DNA of 64,000 nt from the human T2T-CHM13v2.0 reference genome, Homo sapiens. Location: NCBI RefSeq assembly GCF_009914755.1, contig NC_060927.1; one strand, written 5' to 3'. Positions 30,401 to 43,347 of the stretch are shown in pieces. Each line of letters opens with the position of its first letter. The stretch's first letter is position 1. Below the pieces are notes generated by a model. That model worked only from the letters and a program-made list of their open reading frames with translations. It was not told where the DNA came from and did not search any database. Position numbers and translations under genes: made by a program.

Positions 30401-31063
30401 TTTCAAAAATGTGTCTTTAAAGTAACAATTACATGGGCATTTATGTGCATCATTTTCTTAGAGGCAACAGGAACATCAGGCACTAGCTTGATCAAACTAT
30501 ACTCATCTTCAGGACAAGATTGGAATACTGTCCCTAAATTCCCATGTGGCTGTACTTTATATTTGGCCATAATAATTTAGTGGTTTAGTATTTGAAAATG
30601 TCAAGACCAGCAGGATTTACACAAATCTACCACTGCTTTCTATCTTCTGCTGCCCAATCAGAATGTAATCATCAGTTTTACAACTATTTATTTCAAATAT
30701 GCCCTCCGATATCTCTCAAAAATCTAATCTTCACATACGATATATTTATTAATTTTTCTTAAAATTCTAGGTAGATCAAATCTAATAGTTAAAAGGAGGC
30801 TTGAAAATTATCTAGTTCCTACATTTTTGCTTAGGAAAATGAAGTCTAAGCAAGTAAGTGAGATGTTCAAGGTCAGACAGTGATTTAAAGGCACAAATGG
30901 AAACAAAATCTGACTCCTAGGCCAGGATACTTTGCTGTGACTGTCTTTAAATGATCTCACAATCTGGAAATTGAAACCACACATATGAACACAGCATTCT
31001 AATCTACAGGTACCTAGGGAACTACTAGTAATAGCAACATAGATATATAAGCAAGATGATGTG

Positions 31064-31369
31064 TTTTGTTTTGTTTTTTTGAGACAGAGTTTTGCTCTTG
31101 TCGCCTAGGCTGGAGTGCAACGGTGTGATCTCGGCTTACCGCAACCTCTGCCTCCTGGGCTCAAGCGATTCTCCTGCCTCAGCCTTCTGAGTAGCTGGGA
31201 TTATAGGCACCTGCCACCATGCCAGGCTAATTTTTTTTATTTTTATTTTTAGTAGAGATAGGGTTTTGCTATGTTGGCCAGGCTGGTCTCAAACTCCTGA
31301 CTTCAGGTGATCCACCCACCTCGCCTCCCAAAATGCTGGGATTACAAGCTTGAGCCACCGAGCCCGGCC
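31064..31369 (-). mobile_element. Alu (AluSp/Sq-like)
   Basis: Full reverse-complement Alu; gctcttgtcgcc and ttaccgcaacctc diagnostics. Confidence 0.92.
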
Positions 31370-31761
31370 AGTGATTTGTTTTATTTTGGTTCATCTCTCA
31401 TGTGAAACTTTATATCAGATTTGAATATTTTTGAAAAATATTTAGTGCAAGTGAGAGCAAGAGGGTGCCAGTCAGACTTTTGTCACTGAAAGGCCTTCCA
31501 TGTAATCTTTTAAATGCTAGCTGAGTCTATAATAACTTTTAGAGTGCCCTATATTGGCTGATTTTTCTTACACATACAAACACTGTTGTCCATTGACTAA
31601 ATTGCATATTTACTAGAAAATTATATTTTCAACTAATTTTCATTTTAGTACTGAGGTTTTTTTGGTTTTAAAATGAACAGCATAACAAAGCTTTTATAGA
31701 CTGCAATAGTAAATTATCAACATGCACTGTTAATAATATCCAGCAACAAGAAAAATGTTAC

Positions 31762-31904
31762 CTTTTGAATTATCTTTATAATAAGTAGAGCTGTTTCTCA
31801 GACAAAGATTTAAGAAGTCTCTCTTTCCCTTATCGAAAACATGATGTTGATGGATGCCATTTTCATATGGAAAGCTATTCTTCTGACAATCATGAAAAGC
31901 ACAA
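31762..31904 (-). CDS. ZBBX: ZBBX coding exon, 143 nt, phase 2-1 ([48 protein letters not shown])
   Basis: Acceptor tgtgaaag|TTGTGC (weak), donor CAAAAG|gtaaca; overlaps ORF 31730..31927; phases fit both neighbours. Confidence 0.88.
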
Positions 31905-33537
31905 CTTTCACATGTAGGAACAAACAAAATAATAGAGTTGAAAAAATGATTTTAAAAAGAAAATTTTAAAAGTCCCAAGTCATTAAAACAAATATAGTAA
32001 AACTTTAATAGGGTTATTTACATTAATTTAATATTTATTTTAACCTTATGTGAACACATTCTCAACTATAAGTAACTAATAACACTGTGGATTTAAGATG
32101 AATAGGTAACTGGACCAAATCTAATTTAACTGCAAAATTTCAGTTGAAAGTTTGTTTTCCAAAATATATTGAAATAAGTTTGATTTCTTACAGTTTCTTC
32201 TAAAAAGGGAGTGTTCTCTTTCAAGCTCATTAAAATCTGATGAAATCAAGGCTTTACTACTAGATAAACATATTATTTGTTCATCAACAAGATATGAGTT
32301 TAAAAGCAGTATGTGATATTTAGGTTTCAAAGTTTAATAATGATTACTATCTATATGCATAGTTACAATTTAAATAACATTCTTTATGAACTGAATAATA
32401 TATTTAGTAATACCTGATATTTATATAAGCTCTACAGAATACCATTATAAAACTTCTGGATTATATTCAACCGAAAAGGCCCTCTTGTGTCACTCGTGAT
32501 CTCCAGGAGAGAGAGAAAATTAATGTAGTTCTATGGGCACCTCCAAACCAAAGCTGTAAAACTACTGCCAAATCATGATCAGTAACTTTCTCTGCCTTCT
32601 CTAACACCTTACATAGGAGTCAAAGCAAAGACATGTGATAAGATATATAAAAGAATCCGATTAGAGAACAGAAATGCTATTCATTTCCTTAGAGATAGAG
32701 TGGTGCATATAAACCTCTTATCTGCTGAACAGAAAGTTGTCTCCCGCCAAAACCCCACTTCCAAAAGCACATTTGCTGCTAGAGAGCTGGTTCTGTGTGT
32801 CTAAACATGGGATTTTTCTGTTCAGGGGAATCACTCAGGCCCATAGCTATTGCAAAATGTGGACGGGGGCCTAAACTGATCTGAATCAAGAATTGGTAGA
32901 GGGGATACTTGACAGGAATTCCACTCCACTGTTTACAAATCCTGAAGTTTCAACAGCAGAAAGTAACTGTTTTAACATTACTAACAGATACAGTTAGATA
33001 TTATTTTTCATTTGGAAATGAGAAAATTCTACAACGCAATTACAAAGTGAACCATTATACTTCATTTGTTTACTTTATTATACGTTAAAATCTACCTAGG
33101 AAGTAATCTATAGTACAGGAGCTCTTTTAGTCTCTCAGCCTAATCATTTATAAAACTTTTTATTTAGGGTTCATAGAAAACTGAACAAAATCCAGAGTAT
33201 CTTTAGAGAGAAGAAGAAAGCTCATATGAAACATATCAAAGTTGATCAACCATTTCAGAGGATAACAACCCCTAAGTTCAGAAGAATGTATTAAATAATC
33301 CAAATATTAGGTAAGAGTACAAACCTATCACTATAGACAGTTTTCTAATTGCTGAATGTTATTAAATATCAGCAATATTGTATACATATTTAAGCATGGG
33401 TTAAGTAAAATATACTCTGACATTAATGTCACATGTTTTTTCACACCACATATTTCACATTTAAAAAGACAGATGATTTTGTGTGTGTGTCAGGAGGGGG
33501 CTCAATATGCACACAAAGTTAATTAGAAAGGTTTTAC

Positions 33538-33617
33538 CTTCGTTGACTGTCTGCATCAGCTAATTTAACTTTGTAAGGCACAATATTTTCTGCTTCTTCA
33601 AATTCCTCTTCATAAGT
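33538..33617 (-). CDS. ZBBX: ZBBX coding exon, 80 nt, phase 0-2 ([26 protein letters not shown])
   Basis: Acceptor tttaataag|ACTTAT, donor ACGAAG|gtaaaa. Confidence 0.9.
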
Positions 33618-34792
33618 CTTATTAAATTAATGTTATATAATATTAGTAAGTTCATAAAAATTTATTACACATTAACCAACTTACTTATGGGTGATATTTG
33701 GAGTACATTTTTCCTACAAATGATGTTATGAGAGCTCTAATTATATTTTATAACACATAAGTTCTAGGAGAACTAAACAAATTCAACTGACATTGGTTGA
33801 TATGTCAATTACTTTATCACTATTATAATACCCCAATCCAACAATAATAACTTATATTTAAGTATGTAGCTACTACCTGCCAAGTAGATTAGTGACTAGG
33901 AAGTTGTCAGTTCTCTGACTGGCTCATCATAAACTTACGCTGTGTATCAACAATGTAATGAATGGCATGCCCACATGTATGTAGTGTGTGTGTTTTTGTC
34001 CAGTCTCTCAAATTTATCCAGAGGAGAAATAAAAATGTTGTTAGCCAAAAAACACAAATAACAAAAATAGCAGAAGCTTTCAACCTAAAGAAGAAAGGAA
34101 GAAAGCAGTATTTAAAAGAGGTAAGTTCTCCATTCTAGTCATTTTCTTAACAACCACAGTAAGAGAAATATCTAGGACAAGTGGCACATTCAGCTACTAT
34201 ATTACTAGAAAGTCAGAAATGCACTGAGTGTATCACACCCTAAACCTTCAGTCCAGAGCTCTAGCTCTGACTGGGTCTGGCTCTAGTTGATGCTATTGGT
34301 GTCTTCTACATATGTTCAAGTTATGTTCAAGTTATTTGACTGAACTTCTTAAGTCTTACACACTATTTCTACATTTAAACGGAAAATAATATTAAATGAC
34401 ATTCAAGAAACTAAATTTACACTTATATTTTAATAGGTACCATGTAACGAGACTGATATTTGTTTAAAAACTTGATAACATAGAGAACTAAACTAATAAA
34501 ATATCAAACTACATATCTATAAGTTAAAATAGTGAAATGTCTTCTTACCTCCCATAATATATTCATCCAAAAAAATTGACAATACCAGTTTAGCTCACAA
34601 ATTTACTGTTTACATTCAGAATAATATTGTTTTATTCTTATAAGCATATTTAAACCCAAACACTTGTAAATTTCCTATTAAACTATGTTAGTTATTTGAG
34701 AAATCTTATTGAAAATAATATGCAGATGTAAGTATACATTATGAATTCCCTGTTAAAAATCATGAATGGTCATTATGCACTTATGCACTTAC

Positions 34793-34893
34793 ATCATCCA
34801 GTTCGACTATCTTTAGAGATGGTTCAGGTCTCTCTATGTTTAATGTTTCTACTGGCAATAAAAGAGCTGTGTGTTGTACTTTGGTCTCCTCAC
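34793..34893 (-). CDS. ZBBX: ZBBX coding exon, 101 nt, phase 1-0 ([34 protein letters not shown])
   Basis: Acceptor tttcctag|GTGAGG, donor GATGAT|gtaagt. Confidence 0.93.
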
Positions 34894-35275
34894 CTAGGAA
34901 ATAAGATTCACAAATAATATCATCAAAGAATATATCTTACTTTATAATTTCTTCAAATAAGATAGCCACCAAAAAAGAAGAGTGTTCTCATGTGTATCTA
35001 CACAAAAATACAAATACTGTCAATTTTCCCAGTTCAAGTGAAATACACATTTATTAGCATTCAATTTTTAAATGAAACTATCTAAATCAAGGCAAAGTAT
35101 ATCTAGGGAAAGGGAAAGAAGTGAGTGTACATGATTTTCATCTAAAGAGAAAAGATTACATGGTACAACTGAGAATAATATATTAAAGAAAACCAAAAGC
35201 AGATTCTGATTAATGCTTAGTGTATATAACTTGAGACAATACATTTTAAAAATATCTAATCAAGTATGAACTAAC

Positions 35276-35385
35276 CATCACTATCTTCATCGTTTTCATT
35301 TTGAGAACACTGTGCATCACCAGTGGTTTCATGTGGATGTGGGAACGTATCTGGTAGCATTTTAAAAAGTTGCTCTTGTGGAGTT
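35276..35385 (-). CDS. ZBBX: ZBBX coding exon, 110 nt, phase 2-1 ([37 protein letters not shown])
   Basis: Acceptor ttttgtag|AACTCC, donor GTGATG|gttagt; overlaps ORF 35271..35468. Confidence 0.93.
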
Positions 35386-36149
35386 CTACAAAATAAGAAA
35401 GAAGCAATTAAGAGACTGAAATATATTACCTGAAACTTTCCCAGACAAGCTCTTGATTTATTTATCAAATGAATGAGTATACAAAATTAATGATGAAACC
35501 ATAACTGTACCTTTAATTCAAAGATAAGTACAATTGTATAACAGAATCTTAATGTACTAAAAAAAAACTGTGTAAATCAACCTGACATCACAGAAGATTT
35601 TTAAATTGCATATCCTACTGAGTTTTGTTTAAGCTAAAAATCAAAGTTATGCTACAAGTCAGTGTTCTCTCAAAAGCCACATGGAGTCCATTAAAAACAC
35701 CATGCTACTTAAAAAGCTAATTTATGAATGTGAGTTTTAGTTCACAGTCTTGGCATTGTGTTGATGAGTTCTACGGGAACCTGAGGGCATTTGTCTAAAT
35801 TTCCATCCTACCAGCAGGGTGGTAACATAGGCTCCTACAATAAAAATGTAAGGTGTTCAGGCTGTGGTATCTATTACTTAATTAACAATGAAGACTGCTG
35901 CAGCCCATTTCATATGGAAGGCAGTGAAGCCCAGGAATTCACAGAGGTCAAGAGTGTATATTTGGTTTCATAGTATATAACCAAATTATTGGAGAGAAGG
36001 GTCACTTTTTAACCAAGAATATGAGTAGCTGCACAGCCTTTCCATACCATGCAAGTTCATAAAGTCCCCATGTAAAAGCCAGAGCCTTCTCAGTGATATT
36101 TGTAGTTAATATGGATACAAAATCTAAAATATACCAGGCTCCATTCTAA

Positions 36150-36340
36150 CTAATTTTGGTACATTAAATTTTATTAGATATTAAATAGGCACTAGTATGA
36201 TCTTAACTTTACAGAGGATGAGACTGAGACACAAAGTGGTGTACCGACTTGTTGAGTCATTCAGGTAGTGAATGCAGAAGAGGAATTTGAACTCAAGGAG
36301 TCTGCCTCCCAAAAACCATGTTCTTAACCACGTACTTCCT
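36150..36340 (-). mobile_element. MIR
   Basis: ttacagaggatgagactgagacaca...atttgaactcaaggagtctgcctcc core. Confidence 0.7.
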
Positions 36341-36599
36341 TTGTAATGCCTCTTCTGCAACTTTCAAAGGCATTAAAATTTTGATAAAATTGACAAGTGA
36401 CTTTGGAATTACATTTATATGCCAATTGTTAATTAGAAAAAGGCAATTAACAGATACACACTACTGTTACACATATCCTCATTCACTTTTAAAATTTGAA
36501 TAAATTTGTGGTGTACAGTTTTGTGGGTTTTTACCAATGCATAAAGTCATATGGACCACAGTACCCCCCAAAAAAAATAGCCTGAAGAGCTATTATGGG

Positions 36600-38990
36600 C
36601 ATCATACTTTAAAAAATATATACAGCCTGGACATTAGTTATAAATGAATTACCTTAAACCTCTGCCATATAAGCTACTACAATGAGATACAACTACACGC
36701 CTTATTAAAATGTCAAACAAAAGAAAAAAAAACTGAATACCAAGTGTTGGCAGGGATTTGGAGCAACCAGAACTCTCGTACCTTGCTGGAGCAAATGCAA
36801 AATGGTACAGTCAATTTAGAAAAGAGTTTGGCAGTTTCTTATAAAAATAAACATGCACTTACCATATAGCCCACCTATCACAGTCCCAGGTATTTACCCA
36901 GGGAATTAAAAACCTATATTCAAGAAAAACCTGTTATGAAAATATTTTTAAAGGACCTAGTGATAATTGCCAAAAACTGGAAACCAGCCAGAACAAATAT
37001 TGATTCATACAAGAACACGGATGAATCTTAAATGCATTCTGCTAAATGAAGGACATGAAAGGACGGATACTGTATGATTTCATTTATATGACCTCCAAAA
37101 AAAGGCACATTTGTAAGGGTGGACAACAGATGAATAGTTGTTACGGACTAAGAAAGGGAAGAGAAGAAAGAGGAAGCTCAAGGGAATGTGGTTGTAAGAC
37201 TGTTTTTTGTGGGGGCAGGGGTACTGTGGTAGACACATGACTTTATGCATTGCTAAAAACCCATAGAACTGTACACCACAAGTTTATTCAAATTTTAAAA
37301 ATCAGTGAGGATATGGGCTGAACCCAATGAAAGTCATACCAACCTTAAAGGAGGTAAGAAATAAATGAGCACTATGGCCAAAGTAATGTTGGAAAACATG
37401 GTTTGGCCTAGATACCGTAGGCTACAGATAAAAGCATGACACACAAAGACTGTACTCTAGGTGGAAAATTTGTTTCTTTCAGTGATATTATTAACAGTAA
37501 TTTTGAAATTAATTGTCCCTTGTTTCTCTCAGTGATATTTGTGATTCTGAAACTACTGTATGTATACATACATATATATTTTAGGGCTAATTAATAAATA
37601 TATTATAGATAATGAAAGCCAAGTTTCTCACTGTAAGTGAAAGAAATTTGTCAAATAAGCAAAGGGAGAATGGAAATGAATCATGTGATGCTGGTTTGGA
37701 TTCGGAATGCCTGGGTGTGAATGCATGTTACTTTAATAGATATCCAGATGGATAGATACAGAAAAAAATTTATATGTGTGTATGTGGATTTGTGTGTGTG
37801 TGTGTGCACGCACGTGTGTGTGTGTGTACTTCCCAGTTTCTTCCTCTGAGAAGGCCTAGAATTGTGGCACCAGAATAGTAATGATCACACCTAGAGTCCA
37901 GATCTTTGTTTCTGAGCACCATTCTCCAATAAAGGGAATCAGTATTTTTTAGAAAAACAATTCCTTGGCTTGGGCAGGGAAAATGCATCTTGAGTTCCAG
38001 AAAAAAAAGAGATGTTCAAAGCAAACTAACCAAAAAAAAAAAAAAAAAATTGATGACAACAAATCAAAAGGATGGAAGAGTCAACCCGACAGAGTCCACA
38101 ATGGCCAAGGCAGAAATAATTTGAGTTGCAAAATAAATAACAATAATATTAGATATCAATCCCCAAAATAAAATAAATATTCATGAGTTGACATAAAGAA
38201 AAAATAATAAAAGTGGGTGAAGGAACACTTCTTTTAAGAGGAATTCCAACTAATAAATTTAGAAGGAACAAAGGAAATAGAATATCTGCAATAGAGCAGG
38301 AGAGTACTAACTGCTGCAGGCAAAATTCACTCACAAACTCTAAAATTAGGAGGTGAAAGTTTAAGGGAAAACAGAGTTGATGTATCATCTCAATGTGTCT
38401 CCTCTAAAATATTTATCAATTATAAAGGGAAAGTAGTGATTTTACAGTGGAGAAACTTAGCACCACCTTAACTATGTGATCAAGGTTAACATCATCTGTA
38501 ATAAGATATATTGACATCACGATCCCAGAATGTCACGCACTGAGAAAGACACATACTCTCTGTGGCATTTTTCCTCACAGTGTATAACCTCAGTCTAATT
38601 ATGAAAAAACATCAGACAAGCCCAAATTGAGCACATTCTATGAAACACCTGGCAAGTACTCTTCAAAAGTGTTAAGGTCATGAAAGGCAGGGAAAGACTG
38701 AAGAACTGTAATGGATAAGGAAATATGACAAAAAATACAATGTGTAATCCTGGACTGGATCCTGGAATGGGGTAAGGATAATAGTGAAAATGCTGATGAT
38801 AAAATTAAGGTAAAATGTACAGTTCTCAATAATATTGTCCCTATGTAAGTTTCCTGGTTTTGATATGCACTATGTTTATGTAAGATGTTACCATTAGAGA
38901 AAGCTGAGTGAATGTTATTTGGGAATTCTTTGTGCTATTTTGAAACCCATCTGTATATCTTCTTTTCAAAATAATCCAAAAGAAAAAAAA
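36600..38990 (+). mobile_element. Old L1 (L1MC/L1MD-like) 3' region with long 3'UTR
   Basis: ORF2 end (gagatacaactacac...gcaaatgcaaaatggtacag) and 3'UTR motifs (atcagacaagcccaaattgag; atcctggactggatcctgg). Confidence 0.75.
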
Positions 38991-38999
38991 TCTAGCACA

Positions 39000-39290
39000 T
39001 TACAAACAGTTGAAGGTGAGTGGTGGTGCGGGTATTAACCTATCTAGCAGAGGCTTCACGGGAAACATGAGGGCTGATTTCAAAAATCTGAAGAGATACC
39101 ATGGAGAAGAAAAATTAGATTTTATCTGTATGGGCTTAATAGGTAGAATTAGAACCAAGTTTAGAAATTAGCTGGAAACAGATTACAGTTCAATGAATAT
39201 CTCTTCCACAGATGGAATGGGCCACCTCGGGAGATGGTTTTGCGTAACTGAAGGTGAAGCAAGGGTGTGATGACCACTTCTCAGGCAAAT
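39000..39290 (+). mobile_element. CR1/L3 3' fragment
   Basis: ttcaaaaatctgaagagataccatggagaaga...atggaatgggccacct...tgatgaccact. Confidence 0.6.
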
Positions 39291-39905
39291 TCTAGAGAGC
39301 TCCTCCAACAACTTGCACCTCAAAAAAAGACCAGAGACCAGCCTCATCCAACCATTATCACCTGGGAGCTATTAGAAATTCAGAAATACAGAATCTCAGG
39401 CCTCACTTCAGATCTACGAAAAAATAACCCATATTTTGCCACAGTTTCTAGCTGATTGTATCTGGTGATATCTCTTTGAATAAAGTATATTTAATTACTA
39501 TTAATAAAATTAGAAAAATGTTTAATTAATTTAAAACTAGATTCTGAAAATTATAGTCTCAAATGTTAGTGCTAATATAAAAAACTGGTGTCTTCTCAAA
39601 GTAATATTTCATTTATCACATTATTTTTATTATTCTTCTTAAATTCATTTCTGCATTTGCGCCTTTTCCTTATATACACATTTCCATTTCTCAAGGAAAA
39701 CTGTAAATTAATGATGCATCATATACATAAATAGAATTAAAATTCTTATTGGAACAGCAACTTCACAGGGATTTAATCTTGCTTTAAAATTATGTATGCA
39801 AATATGAAATATACATATAAAATTGCTATAGGAAGGCATGTCATACAAGAAAGAAACATAAATAACTTTCATATTTCCTAATAGTATTATAATTTCAGAA
39901 AATAC

Positions 39906-40026
39906 CTCCTGTGTTTTTTAAGCCATAATTTTTCCATATAGGATAGAATGTCTTCTTTAAGTTCAATATTAAGTGGTTCTCTCCAAATTTTCAGATTAGT
40001 CTGTACTTCGCATTCTTCCAATGAGT
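39906..40026 (-). CDS. ZBBX: ZBBX coding exon, 121 nt, phase 1-2 ([40 protein letters not shown])
   Basis: Acceptor tttttacag|ACTCAT, donor CAGGAG|gtattt. Confidence 0.93.
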
Positions 40027-41935
40027 CTGTAAAAATAAACACAATGTGCATAATTAAAATAAGCAAGTTTACAAATTACTATATCTTCTCTTAAGATGTA
40101 GAACTCATCATTTTTGGGGCATATATGCTTTAATATTTACTTATACAATCAATAGGTTAAGGTTTAAATAATGCAAAAGTATTAACTATTGGTAATTTAT
40201 TAAGGGACTGGATAGACAGTTTTCTTCAACAATCTCTTGAAATGAAGGGATCTTATGATTCAGAAGGTTTCTTAAAGCAACTCATTCTTTTAAATAAAAA
40301 TTATAAATACAAGCATTCATTGTACATTGTATAAACACATACATAAAGGTATGATACACAGATGTATAAAGTGTTATAGCCACTGACAATAATATTTACA
40401 CATTATGAGAAACAGGAAATAAATAATTCATAATGACATCTGGAGGAGACAATTTTCTTCACAAATTTATATCTACATGGTAATTTACTTCCAGATGTTT
40501 AAGATATTTCTGAAGCACTACTAAATTAAAATCACTATTCAGAGATATTTAAAACTGATGAAGATATCTAGGAAAGAAAGCAGTGTAAATCCATGATTAC
40601 TAGTCTCTCCACCCTCCCACGTATCGTTCCTCTCTCCAAACTGAACATCACAGGGGAAAAAAAATGTAGGAGAATCAAGGGAAATAGTAAAGATGGGAAA
40701 AACATTTTTTTATAAACTAAGGCTAGAGGGTGTCCCAGCCTCATATTGTAGACTTCAATGATTAACTGCCAGAAACAGCTACGGGCCAGCAATGGAAACA
40801 AATTAAAGTAAAAATAAAGTAAGGAATCCCACTTCTATTTTTCCCAAAGAGTAGAGCAGTGTTGAAGAAAGCAATTGGAAAAAGTTTGGGAAAACACTGA
40901 TCAGAATCCCTTGAACTGAAAGAGCAGAGTTAAGGACATGAGCAAGTCATGAGAGAGAAGAAATGCCTCCACTATGAGTCCCCCTTTTCATTTTGAAACA
41001 AGATTTCTTGACAGGAGAGCTAAAAGGGGGGGGGGGGGAAGAACTCTTTTGTTTTTGCTGTCTAGATGTTAGAGAAGAGCCACTGTGCTTGAGATATAAA
41101 CTCTAAACACAGAAGGGTGATGGAAGAGGAAGAAGATAAAGCAGCTGGCCCGTGATTCACTTTTCTCCCTTACCAATGGCACATTCCCAAGAAATAAAGA
41201 TGGGAGGTGACCTGGGTTAATTTGTTTGTGAATATGTTGATAACTGGACCTACAGGCAAATGAATTAATAATATTTGCTGGGAGGAGACTCTTTAGCTAT
41301 ATGGTGTATTTAAAATGCTAGCTCTTGTTTAGAATTGCTTGTCGTAAACAAACTTACGGATTTATGAGGCATGGCTCCCTGGGAAATGCCAAATAAGGTA
41401 TGTAACTTATGTTTTTATTTGCTCCCTTCTTTCATGGTTCACTGGCTACATTGTATAAGAATGTGCATAAGATTCTCCATCCTCAAATTGATGGGATCAT
41501 GGGTGTTTTCCTTAATAGATAGTGCAAAAGTCCTGATGGGAAAGTATGCCTAAAGTATGTGAAGAACGGGTAGAAGTCAAGAGTGGCTGAAACGAAACCA
41601 GCCATGCCTGCAGGAGAGTAACAGGAGATGAGATGTCTGAGATAATGGACTTCAGATCACACATAACTTTCTAGGCCATTGAAAGTACCTGCCTTTCACA
41701 TAGAAGGAAATGAGATTTTAGAATACTAAAACAAAACCAAGTTAAAAATCAATAACAGAAATAACTAGAAAACTAGAAATTTAAAGCATACTATTAAGCT
41801 GAATGGTCAAGAAATATGTGAAAAGATGTTTCATGTCATTTGTAATAAGAGATACACAAAATCATCTCTATTAAGCAAAAATTTTTAAATCTCACAATAT
41901 TAAATGTTAGTGATAATGGAAAGCAAACAAAATTC

Positions 41936-42206
41936 TTTTTTTTTTCTTTGTGATAGGCTCTCACATTGTCACCCAGGGTGGAGTGCAGTGGCATGATCAT
42001 AGCTCACTGTAACTTTGAAATTCTGAGCTCAGGTAATTGTTGACCCTCAGCCTCCCACGTAGCTAGGACTATAGGTTCACATTATCATGTATGACTTTTC
42101 TTTAAATTTTGTGTAGAGATGAGGTCTCACTACATTGCCCAGGTTGGTCTTAACCTCCTGGCCTCCTAAAGTGCTGAAGTTACAGACATAAGCCAGCAGA
42201 CCCAGT
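41936..42206 (-). mobile_element. Diverged AluJ
   Basis: gtggcatgatcatagctcactg and gaggtctcactacattgcccagg J-type motifs. Confidence 0.8.
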
Positions 42207-42982
42207 CTCTTTCTTAATTAAGGGATTCCAGAGCTGTGACCTGGCTTAGGTCTGAGGACTTCATAAAAAACTGAATCCCCAATATGGTGGCTGAAGCCGG
42301 CTCTCTGCCCATTAAACAGAAATTTTCTTCTACTATAGGTAAAACAGTAGGCTGCATGACTTTTTCATTCCTAGGCACACCAATTATCGTCAGAAATCTC
42401 TGTGAATTGAAACACTGATCACTACTCCTCCTTGACCCTTACTTCGGTAACTTTTTCACCATAATTTTGAAGATTGTGTGCCAACACCTGGCCTCTATCA
42501 TTTCCATTCTTTGAAATCAGGATGCTTGGTCCCATTGAAGCATTCCCCTCCAGTCATCTTCAGCCTATAGAGGAAGGCCACAACAAACCTTTTTAAGTAT
42601 TACGGTGCTTAATGCCTTGGTAATGACAGCTAAATAGGTTGCACATTATCGGTTCCAAAATTCCTATCTCCCAAAGCCTTCCAACTTCTTCTTCTACAAA
42701 ATGGCAGGGAAATTACAGCATCTCAATCTCATAAACTTTCAAATCAAGTCCAGTTTTCAATTAACCAACCCGCCCAATTGTTACTGCCATTCCTGAAGTG
42801 CTTGAGACAAAACACTAAGATCCAAATCCTGTGCGAGTACATCTACATTGATAAAAACAATCTCATCTAATCTGATTTGTTTTTTATTTCTTAATCTAAC
42901 ACTGTTAAATGTCTTCTTCTACTTGCTTTCCAAACTCGTGTGATACAGTTGAAAAGAGGCAGTGCCTGCTATTTTCACTTGG

Positions 42983-43347
42983 CATATTAATCTGTTCTCA
43001 CGCTGCTAATGAAGACATACCCGAGACTGGGTCATTTATAAAGGAAAGAGGTTTAATTGATTCATAGTTCCACATGGCTGGGGAGGCCTCATAATCATGA
43101 CAGAAGACAAAGGAAGAGCAAAGAGACTTCTTACATGGTGGTGGGCAAGAGAGAGCTTGTGCAGGGAACTCCCATTTATAAAACCATCATATCTTGTGAG
43201 ACGTATTCACTATCACGAGAACAGCACAGGAAAGACCCACTCCCATGATTCAATTACCTCTCGCCGGGGCCCTCCCACAACACGTGGAAATTATGGGAGC
43301 TACAATTCAAGATGAGATTTTGATGGGGACACAGCCAAACCATAACA
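42983..43347 (-). mobile_element. THE1 solo LTR
   Basis: gttctcacgctgctaatgaagacatacccgagactggg...gggacacagccaaaccata; 5-bp TSD cttgg/cctgg. Confidence 0.9.

Noticed and set aside
41026-41038. G13 run (and TG/CA alternations at 37790-37826 and 50128-50165)
   Set aside because: Ordinary simple repeats with no supporting context
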